Assembly (NCBI RefSeq): GCF_000981445.1
Contig: NW_012237237.1
Coordinates: 62,001 to 83,417 of the forward strand
Direction: 5' to 3'
From: Babesia bigemina
Taxonomy: Eukaryota
Length of the DNA: 21,417 nucleotides
This document shows positions 7,331-16,413 of this stretch, piece by piece (position 1 is the first letter of the stretch; each line of letters starts with the position of its first letter). The notes under the pieces are model-generated. The model was not told where the DNA came from and did no database searches. It worked only from the letters and a program-made list of their open reading frames with translations. The position numbers and the translations under genes are program-made.

Positions 7331-7952
7331 ATCCACTCCACATCGCCCCTAACCCACTCCACATCGCCCCTAACCCACTCCACATCGCCCCTTTATCCAC
7401 TCTACATCGCCCCTTATCCACTCCACATCGCCCCCTAACCCACTCTACATCGCTCCCTAATCCACTCCACATCGCTCCCTTATCCACTCTACATCGCCCC
7501 TTAATCCACTCTACATCGCTCCTTTACCCACTCTTCATCGCCCCTTAATCCACTCTACATCGCCCCTTTATCCACTCTACATCGCTCCCTAACCCACTCT
7601 ACATCGCCCCTTATCCACTCTACATCGCCCCTTAACCCACTCCACATCGCCCCTTTATCCACTCCACATCGCCCCTTATCTACTCTTCATCGCCCCTTTA
7701 TCCACTCCACATCGCCCCTTAACCCACTCTACATCGCTCCTTTACCCACTCTACATCGCCCCTTTATCCACTCTACATCGCCCCTTAACCCACTCTACAT
7801 CGCTCCTTTACCCACTCTTCATCGCCCCTTTACCCACTCTACATCGCCCGTTACCCACTCTACATCGCTCCCTAACCCACTCTACATCGCCCTTAACCCA
7901 CTCTACATCGCTCCTCTATCCACTCTACATCGCTCCTTTATCCACTCTACAT
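7331..7952. repeat. Array C copy 2: ~22-bp C-rich repeat, about 28 units
   Basis: Same unit as 496-770. Ends 29 nt before the ATG at 7982. Confidence 0.97.
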
Positions 7953-7981
7953 TCCTCGAATTACTTCGTCTTATCAACGCT

Positions 7982-10900
7982 ATGACCTCTATAAACCTAT
8001 ATAATAACTTGTTGATGCCGACCATTCTCTTACTGACGATGCTACTAGAAGAGCCTTGAATGACATTGAGTCCAAGCTCATTAGCCTTGGTCACCTGGCT
8101 GGGCAACTTGGGAGTTTCATTGGTGAGAGTGAGAGTGTTAAGAAAGCCGTTAAGAATGCTATTATCGCTTGTTTCGACACTAATCCAGACCTTAAAAATG
8201 ACCTAAAAGATGATTACTCTTCTCTTGTTACTAACCTTTCTGAGTCTGTCAAGTCTGCTGGCAAGCCTGTTGACACCGAGAAAATTAGGGAGCTTAGTGA
8301 GCAAATTAAGAAAGATATTCAGCTTACTGAAGAGACAATTAAGAAGCTTGAATCACCTAAAATTAACTCTCCTTCTTCCCCCTCTCCCTCTGCTGACTCA
8401 GCCAAATTGCAGTCCAAGTTGGACGCTTTGAGGAAAGTGGAGAAGCTTTGTGGATTTTTGACTAATCGTAATAATGCGTCAAATGAGCCTAAAAAGCTCT
8501 TAGAGAATCTTTGTTCCGGCCTCGAAAAATTCCTCGGCTTCAATCCATCTTCGAAAGGCTACACTGGCAGTGGGATTGTGTACTCCGACTTGGATAGGCT
8601 GTGTGATGCAGTGATGGGATTTTTGAGTGGTGTGCTTGGTGCGGTGAAAGATGATGAAGCGGTTAAAACGTACGATAATTACATGCCTATAGATAATAGA
8701 CTTGAAAAAGTACTAGAAGAGGTAAATAAAAAAATTGGCTCCGGGCGTGATGGGCTTGCGGTGTCTGTCGGCGCGGTGAAGGAGTGGTTGGAGGGGTATG
8801 GGAATAAAATTCGTGATATGACTTTCAACGTCAAAAATGCTTTAGCTATACTCCAAGATGATTTATCAGGTAAGTATCTTAGTAGTATTAACAGTGCGCA
8901 GAATCTGGAAGATCAGCTGAAGCACTGGAACGGAGTGCTCAAGGACATCGACTTTCACCTAAATGAAGCTGAGACTAGCGGTGTTAATGTATTAGATGAT
9001 AAACTAAAAAATACGTTGTTGCATGAGGTGAAAGTAGTTAGAAAATCTGTGCAGGTGATGAGGGAGAGCGCTGACAACGAGGCTTTCAAGGCTCAAGCGG
9101 ACAGAGTCGATAAGCAGTTGCTTGAGCGGGAGGATGAGCTTAGGAGGGCAATTAATACGCAATATGAAACCGTGCGAAAAACGGTGGTAGATACGTTAGG
9201 CAAGATCAATGATGAAGTCTCCTATTTCGGTGGCGTGAAGAAATCGGAATTTCAAAAAATAAGTCAAGCCGTGATAGAAGCCAAAAAGGATATTAATAAA
9301 TTGGTGGAGGACCGGCAGGAAGGGTTTGATAAAATGTATAAAACCCCGATTCTTGCGAAATTCGATACCATAAGAGGGAAATTGCAAGAACTCGATAATG
9401 TTAAACATAAGGGGAAGGGAGGAAATTCTAAGCTTCACGATGACGTGGAAGACATCACCAAGCAGATTGCGGAACAGGTGGTGTTGGCACAGAAGGAGGT
9501 GACTGCTTTGGAGTCGGCCGTTAAAGCGACGGCTTCAGCGGCGTATCAGAAGATTAGCCAATTGGTTGACGATGCAACAGGGGCGCTTAGCGGGTTGGAA
9601 ACTAAAGTTAAAAGTGGTCTGGGCAAGTTGAAAAGTGAGGTAGATAAGCCGATTGAGGATGTCATCAATAAGCTCAAGGAGGGAATTGCAAATGCTGCTG
9701 AGGCAGAGGGTGCATACAAGGTCGTTCAAGAGTTTTATCTGGGTATACAAGATAAGGTCGATTATCCAAATTTACATAAATGGTCTGAGGCAGCAAAAAG
9801 TGGTGGTAGTCTTAAAGATGCTATCGCCGCATTAGGATCGAATGATACTTATATCAATAATTTCAAAGCAGTATTAACCAAACTTAAAGACCCACAAAAT
9901 GTTGGAGGTATATTTTACGATGCGCTCATGATGGACCTTCAGAAAAAAGCTAAGGATGCGATAGAAGCGGTGAGATCTGACAGAAGTGGCAAATTTGCAA
10001 ATGTTTTCCAGCAATTCAGCCAGGAAATCAAGAAAAGCGATGATAGAGGTAGCACAGTATATGAGAAGATCGATGGGATAAAGGCGGATAGTGAGATTTC
10101 TTCACTTCAAAACCTTTCTGTAGATAGTAGCAAACTTACAAATGTCATCAATCTGTTTGAAAAGGATGCTGAAATCGGTGATGAGACGTCGAAAGTCAAA
10201 AAAGCTATCGACAAAGTCCTCCAGAAGATTACAATGCTGCAAGCTGTGCCTGGCGAAGTGACCAAACTCCAAAGCGAAACTAAGAGTCTGTTAGAGCAGT
10301 TGAAGGCTCAGCTCGACCAGCTTCAGAAAGAAATCGACGCCATTGAGAGTAGTGTCAAATCAGCTGAAAAAGCGTTAAATGGGTGTATCCATGACCTAAA
10401 TCGTGCCGTATCCGCAGCTTATCACAGCTCGATACAAGCCGTCGAAAACCTTAAAAATGAGCTTTGTGATATAACTCGCAAAGCCTTCCAAAACGTGACC
10501 AATGAAGTACGACTACTCTTCGCAAACGGCCACCAAGCAGATCTGACGGCGTTGGGTAACTTGGTGAATGAGCAGAATCAGACGATTGAAGAGTTAATAA
10601 GAGTAGATAAGAGTAACGGCGTTAAGGGTCTATTGAAGTGGCTTTTTAAGCACAAAGGAAGTGAACTTGAGAAATTTAGAATCGACGTCACGTCGCCGAT
10701 GAAGCCGGAAGAGAGAGCTAAAAAGTTGAGAAAGCTGTCCAAAGATTTCAAAGAACATGTTGATGTCATTTGTAAGTACGTTGAAAATCAAGCAAAAACT
10801 CCTAAAGGCGAAAAAACTCCAGAAAAAGTACACAATAATAGGTCTGAGAAAGTTCACGAGATACAACAGAAATTGAGTTCGCTGCTACAATACATTTCAG

Positions 10901-13443
10901 ATGAAAATGCCTTGCCTGATGTCAAAGATCGTGATTTAAGAAGAATCTTCACCTTCGACGCCGAATTCCGCTCCCACCTCCACGAGCTGACCTCCGCCCT
11001 GTCCACGTTCGACCCCGCTGACTTCGCGAACCCGCACCACCCGCAACTCCTGGATGCGCTGAAGGCAGGGATGCAAGGGCTGGTAGCGGAGATGGAAAAG
11101 GCGTATGTGAGTAGGTATGATGGGCATCCTAAGATGGAGTGGAAAGTTATCAAGGAGAAAAAAGTTACCGACGAATTAACCGTCGACGCTACGCGCTGCG
11201 CCAAGGTGTTTATGAGCTGCCTGCCGATGTGGGTGGAGGACCTCGGGGAGTTGAAGAGGAGGTGTGAACATAGTTGGCAAGGGAAAGCCATTCATCTAAA
11301 GGATGAAATTGACAAAGAAAACCCCCTTGGTGAGTTCCTCAAGCATTGCGGTTACATTGTTCCTACCAGTCAGAAGTCGCATCAGGACGGGGAGCTGCAG
11401 TGCAAGTATAAGTTCACCGGTGCAAATATTCTTGAAAAGCTCGTGGAGAATAAATTAGAACGCGGTACGGTTTTTGATCACATCAAAGCGTGCGAATCGA
11501 ATCAAGATATTAAGACAGGTAAGCCGAAGGAAAAAACACATTTCGATATTAGCAATATTCTTGATTGCCTGTACCATCACTTGGACCAATATAACGAAGT
11601 AGGTCACCTGTCTACTCTAACATCAAAGAGGCATCCATGTTCCGTTTACGATATGTTAGTTTGGCTATCTGGACTTACGCACAACCCTGTACGTCACGTT
11701 AAGCTAGACGCAGCTATCACGCATATTTTGGAAGAGCTGTATAAAAGGGGCAAGGAAGATGTAGATGAAGTGGTCGACGGGTTAGAAATAGAACCAGTAG
11801 TTGGCGACAATTTTAAGATATCATTGGTGAATAACCAAACGGTACCCTTGGAAGCTTACCCACGTAACGTATCATATGAAGATATGCGAACAGCGGTAAC
11901 TGACATATGTGCAAACGCGTACGATGTTTTAACCACAATAGCCGGAACAGGAGACGAGTTCACCACCTACGCGTCTGACTTGTCGAATAATTCCATGAAA
12001 TTCCACTACCCCCAAAGCGGCGAAGATTGCTTCGACATGTTGCTCGACATATTACGCCGCTTGTTCCCGCCGCTAAAATTCCTGCTCGGCCAGTGTAGCT
12101 ATGCCGCATACAACTTTGGTTGGCGCGATTGTATGTACGGCAAAGATATTGCTTCAGGCAAATCGCAGTGTATCGACCACTCAGAAGACAAAGCAGCGTG
12201 CCAACCAAACGGCAAACCAAATGACCAACCAAAGTGCCAAGTAAACAGCCAAGCAAATTGCCGACCAACTTCCCCGTTAATGTCCTATCTTAACGATTGC
12301 TTACCGGGGCATCTACCTCACCAACTTAGCAAAATTGGTTGCAGGTACGAGTGCCTCAATTGCCCTTCAACATCCAAGAAAGGTATGCCCTGTCTTACGC
12401 CGCTTGGATTCAGGGGATTCTCCGGTTCCACTAAGACGGGTGGAGACATATGTCACATCATAAGGAAATTCTTTGCTAATACCCATCTCAATGGTTTGCT
12501 GTGCCTAATTCCGAAACCGCCGTCCACCTTACCGGAGCATTTCAGTTTCGTCCAGTCGCTTGCTAACAGCTGTGGGTCAAGTAAACGCATGAACCTGAGT
12601 GATATGCGATCCGCATTTGAGGCATCTGTTAACAACCTCTCCATTCAACTGCAAACTGATAGCACTGTCTTTACTAAAGCACTGGTTGACGCCTACGGTT
12701 CTAAGTCTGCAACTCACACCGACTGCGAACATCCTCATCTTACGACCCTAACAACCACCGACACATGTAAAGGCAAAAAGAAAAATGTTAACTGCGCTCC
12801 CTATATATATCCCTTAGCCGAAGATGCATATTGTTACTTCGCCATGAAACACTGTGACACATACGTGTCCTGGGCGGTGTACCTTCCATGGACGTTCTGG
12901 GAGTATCTCAAGAATCTATGTGACGACTTTTGCAATATCTTCTGCGCAGACTGGGGCTGTCGTAGTTGCCTTAACAGCAGCAAGTGCAAACGCGGCGAAC
13001 ATGGAAAGAGTGATGAGCCGAAGGAAAATGTACCAGGCCAACCGCATTGCAAATGCTCATCCATGGTAAAATGTAAGGGTGTTTCACCAACATTTTACAG
13101 ATATGGCTTTGCATTTGGTGACCCAAATGCGCTCGATGCCAACAAGCAATGCCATGATTTCTATAATCAATTAACTGCTGTCCTAAAATCGCAGTACTTC
13201 AAGAACCTGTTCGACACGTGCGACCACTTCCTATTCAAAATCCGCTCCCCCTTCATCTGGCTCAACGTCGCCCTCTGGCTCCTCTCTCTCCTATACCTCC
13301 TCCACATCATGGTCATCCGCCTAGACCTGCTCCACATCAAATCGCATTTGCATAGTCCCTCGAGTCATCGCATCGCTGCTCAATCACTACTCGCCGCGGC
13401 ACGTGTTAACAAACTGGGCAGGGTGTTTTATCTACAACCATAA
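7982..13443 (+). CDS. ves1: VESA1-like variant antigen, gene 2. The 5' end needs a 38-nt intron (8011-8048) or carries a 7-nt deletion (possible pseudogene); main ORF 8008-13443
   Basis: The long frame is open from 8008 (LVDADHSL...ISLGHLAGQLGSFIG...GYTGSGIVYSDLDRLCDAVMGFL) to YLQP*, with the same Cys-rich, TM and tail motifs as gene 1. The homologous ATG at 7982 is out of frame and stops at 8057-8059. The first in-frame ATG is at 8614. Confidence 0.8.
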
Positions 13444-13568
13444 GCGTACTCACGTGTTTACTGTCTACACTCACCTAGCATCACCTACTCACCTAACTTA
13501 TGAATTGTGCTTTAATCTGTTGTATCACTCATTAATCGTTGTATGTGATTGTGTAACAGTAAACTAAA
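13444..13568 (+). other. Conserved 3' flank (putative 3' UTR), class I
   Basis: Paralogous to 6365-6491. Confidence 0.6.
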
Positions 13569-13723
13569 ATGCTGATCAAGATGCTGCCCAAAGTGCTGAC
13601 CAATGCCATGACCAGAGTGGTGACCAATGCCATGACCAAAGTGGTGACCAAAGTGGTGACCAAGGTGCTGACCAATGCCATGACCAACGTGCTGACCAAC
13701 GTGCTGACCAACGTGTTGACCAA
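13569..13723. repeat. Array A copy 2: 12-bp repeat, about 13 units
   Basis: Same unit types as 6492-7097, including the same second-unit variant TGCTGCCCAAA. Confidence 0.95.
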
Positions 13724-13727
13724 GTTG

Positions 13728-13912
13728 ATGGTCACGGCAGCGATGACATGGTCACGGCAGCGATGACATGGACACAGCAGCGATGACATGGTCACGGCAG
13801 CGATGACATGGTTACGGCAGCGATGACATGGACACGGCAGCGATGACATGGTCACGGCAGCGATGACATGGACACGGCAGCGATGACATGGTCACGGCAG
13901 CGATGACATGGT
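13728..13912. repeat. Array B copy 3: 20-bp repeat, about 9 units
   Basis: Same unit as 1-475. Confidence 0.97.
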
Positions 13913-13931
13913 GATCAGAGTGGTATTTATC

Positions 13932-14383
13932 ATCCACTCCACATCGCTCCCTTACCCACTCTACATCGCCCCTTTACCCACTCTACATCGCTCCTTTATC
14001 CACTCTACATCGCCCCTTAATCCACTCTACATCGCTCCATAACCCACTCTACATCGCTCCCTTACCCACTCTACATCGCCCCTTTATCCACTCTTCATCG
14101 CTCCCTAACCCACTCTACATCGCCCCTTAACCCACTCTACATCGCTCCCTAACCCACTCTACATCGCTCCTTTATCCACTCCACATCGCTCCTTTATCCA
14201 CTCTACATCGCCCCTTTATCCACTCTACATCGCTCCCTAATCCACTCTACATCGCCCCTTAACCCACTCTACATCGCTCCCTAACCCACTCCACATCGCT
14301 CCCTTATCCACTCTACATCGCCCCTTATCCACTCTACATCGCTCCCTAACCCACTCTACATCGCTCCTTTATCCACTCTACAT
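13932..14383. repeat. Array C copy 3: ~22-bp C-rich repeat, about 20 units
   Basis: Same unit. Ends 29 nt before the ATG at 14413. Confidence 0.97.
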
Positions 14384-14412
14384 CCCTTGAATTACCTCGC
14401 CTTAATACCGCT

Positions 14413-16413
14413 ATGACCTTCATTAAGCATAGCAATAACTTGTGCCTTGTCACCCTTCACTTCCCCTCTTCCACCTCTTGCCACTGCCCTGACCATGTGC
14501 CGCCTAGGGAGCTTGACAAGAAATTTGACAAAATTTTGAACCTCAAAAATACCTCAAATAATAACCCTACTAACATCCTTAATAACCTCTGCACTGGCCT
14601 CGAAACCTTCCTCGGCTTCAACTCTGAATCCAAAGGCTACGATGGCTCCGGGATTGTGTACTCCGACTTGGATAGGCTGTGTGACGGGGTGATGGGATTT
14701 TTGTATCAGGTGCTTAAAGATGTCAGCGAGAAACAGCCTTATCAAGTAGGTAGAGAAACGTATTTAAAAAAGGTTCTTGGTGAAATAAGTGAACAATTAC
14801 TTCGAGGAAATAGCGGATTTAATATTGCGCTTCCCAAGATACTTAGCAGGATTGGCAAGTATAATGCTGACGTGCAACAGTACAATGACAGCGTGAAAAA
14901 GCCTACAGACACATTTTTGGTACGCTTAAAAAATGATTTCCCAAAGGAAATTAAGAAAATTCCAAATGACAAAAAACTCAAAGAAATGAGTTCACATACT
15001 GTCGAGAATGCAGTGGCTCCTACCAGGGAGCTGTCCAGCAAGTATATTCAGTATGGTAACGATTTTGACAGGGCTCTTCAAAAAGCGAAAAAGGAGATCA
15101 GCAATCTCAATTCGCAATGTAAGAACAATGTAACAACGGCGCAAAAACAGGTGAAGTATGTGACTGAGAGGCTTGCGGCTTTGTCGACCAAGGAAGAGAG
15201 TGATTTGAAAGCTGTCGAAAGTGAGATTACAGAGACACTGAATTCGCTTAAAGACGGTGTAAATGTGAGAGTAAGAAGAGATGTCAGTGAACTCGTTAAG
15301 CTTTTAAAAGATAAGGTATCGGCGATTTGGAAATTGCTGGAGGAAATTGATAAGAAGCTCTATGAGTATGTCGACGCACTGCAAAAATGGATTGATAAGG
15401 CGGATAAAGATGTAAATCAGGCCATAAGTAAATCGGACGGAATCGAACAAAAACTGCCTGGAGGCAAAAATCGTGATGAACTCAATAGAATTTCAAGCGA
15501 GTTAAAAACGAGGAGCGATGTGATCTGGAATTATGTTGAGGAGATGAAAAAACAAATAGCGGAGAATGTGAAAGCAGCGCTCCAGCAAGTGAAAGACATG
15601 GACGGCAAGCTGAAAGAGGATTTGAAGAGGGTGAAGGAAGGGATTAAAGAGGCGATTAAGCAGTTAGGGAAACGTATGGTAAAGCATGTTAATAAGGATT
15701 TGGGGACGTTGAAAGAGCAGATTGGTGAGCAATTGAGTCCAATAGTGAGGACCTCTAAGGACATGTTTGCCGATTTCGGCGCAGTTAAGAATGCGCTCGA
15801 TAAGGCTTTACGGAATGTTTCGGAAGATATTAGAAAACTGGTTAACCTAGAACAACTTGTGGATATTAAAAGCCGTTCAAGTAAAACACTCGACGCCCCT
15901 TTACTCAAAGCTATTGCTGGAGATAATCCCTTCAAACCACTCATTAGCTATTTTGAAAATTTAAACACTAAGGTTATGGATCCAATAAGAACTGTAATGA
16001 CAAGAGTATGTGATGGTTTGGGGCGTGGGTTTGCAGCCCAAGGCAACAATGGATTACATGCTACACTTATAGGCATTAAAGAACAACTGAAAGGTATTCA
16101 TAATGTTGTGAAAGGCTCCGTTCCGGAGATGAAAGACCTGAAGATGCAACTCACATCTATTCTTGGGGATAAACTCAACGTTGAAAACCTTGACTTAAAC
16201 TCGAAACCCTCTCATGCTCAGACAATTCAGACTGTGGCTGAAAAACTCGAACGCAAGACTGACAAAATTGATAAAACAGAAGCAATTAGTCTGCTCACTG
16301 TGCTTTCTGATATTGCGAAAACTGTCTCCGCGCACACTCAAAGGGTTATTGAAGAAGTCATGCATAAGATTAAAGAAAAAAATCCGAGAAGAGATACAGC
16401 ACGTGGCTGCTGA
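14413..16413 (+). CDS. ves1: N-terminal part of VESA1-like gene 3 (666-aa ORF as sequenced)
   Basis: Starts MTFIKHSNNL..SCHCPDHVPP, nearly identical to the gene 1 N-terminus, and contains GYDGSGIVYSDLDRLCDGVMGFL. Confidence 0.7.
   Translation: MTFIKHSNNLCLVTLHFPSSTSCHCPDHVPPRELDKKFDKILNLKNTSNNNPTNILNNLCTGLETFLGFNSESKGYDGSGIVYSDLDRLCDGVMGFLYQVLKDVSEKQPYQVGRETYLKKVLGEISEQLLRGNSGFNIALPKILSRIGKYNADVQQYNDSVKKPTDTFLVRLKNDFPKEIKKIPNDKKLKEMSSHTVENAVAPTRELSSKYIQYGNDFDRALQKAKKEISNLNSQCKNNVTTAQKQVKYVTERLAALSTKEESDLKAVESEITETLNSLKDGVNVRVRRDVSELVKLLKDKVSAIWKLLEEIDKKLYEYVDALQKWIDKADKDVNQAISKSDGIEQKLPGGKNRDELNRISSELKTRSDVIWNYVEEMKKQIAENVKAALQQVKDMDGKLKEDLKRVKEGIKEAIKQLGKRMVKHVNKDLGTLKEQIGEQLSPIVRTSKDMFADFGAVKNALDKALRNVSEDIRKLVNLEQLVDIKSRSSKTLDAPLLKAIAGDNPFKPLISYFENLNTKVMDPIRTVMTRVCDGLGRGFAAQGNNGLHATLIGIKEQLKGIHNVVKGSVPEMKDLKMQLTSILGDKLNVENLDLNSKPSHAQTIQTVAEKLERKTDKIDKTEAISLLTVLSDIAKTVSAHTQRVIEEVMHKIKEKNPRRDTARGC

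Noticed and set aside
6365..7981. Repeat cassette as a transposon or LTR element
   Set aside because: No terminal inverted repeats, target-site duplications or transposase/RT coding sequence were seen.
8056..8058. TTG 8056 as the gene 2 start
   Set aside because: This is a prokaryote-style start call. The frame is open from 8008 and the homologous ATG is at 7982.
16214..16381. ATG 16214 as the start of an independent 1254-aa gene
   Set aside because: It overlaps the upstream ORF out of frame and lacks the cassette, leader and N-terminal family motifs. It is better explained as the frameshifted continuation of gene 3.
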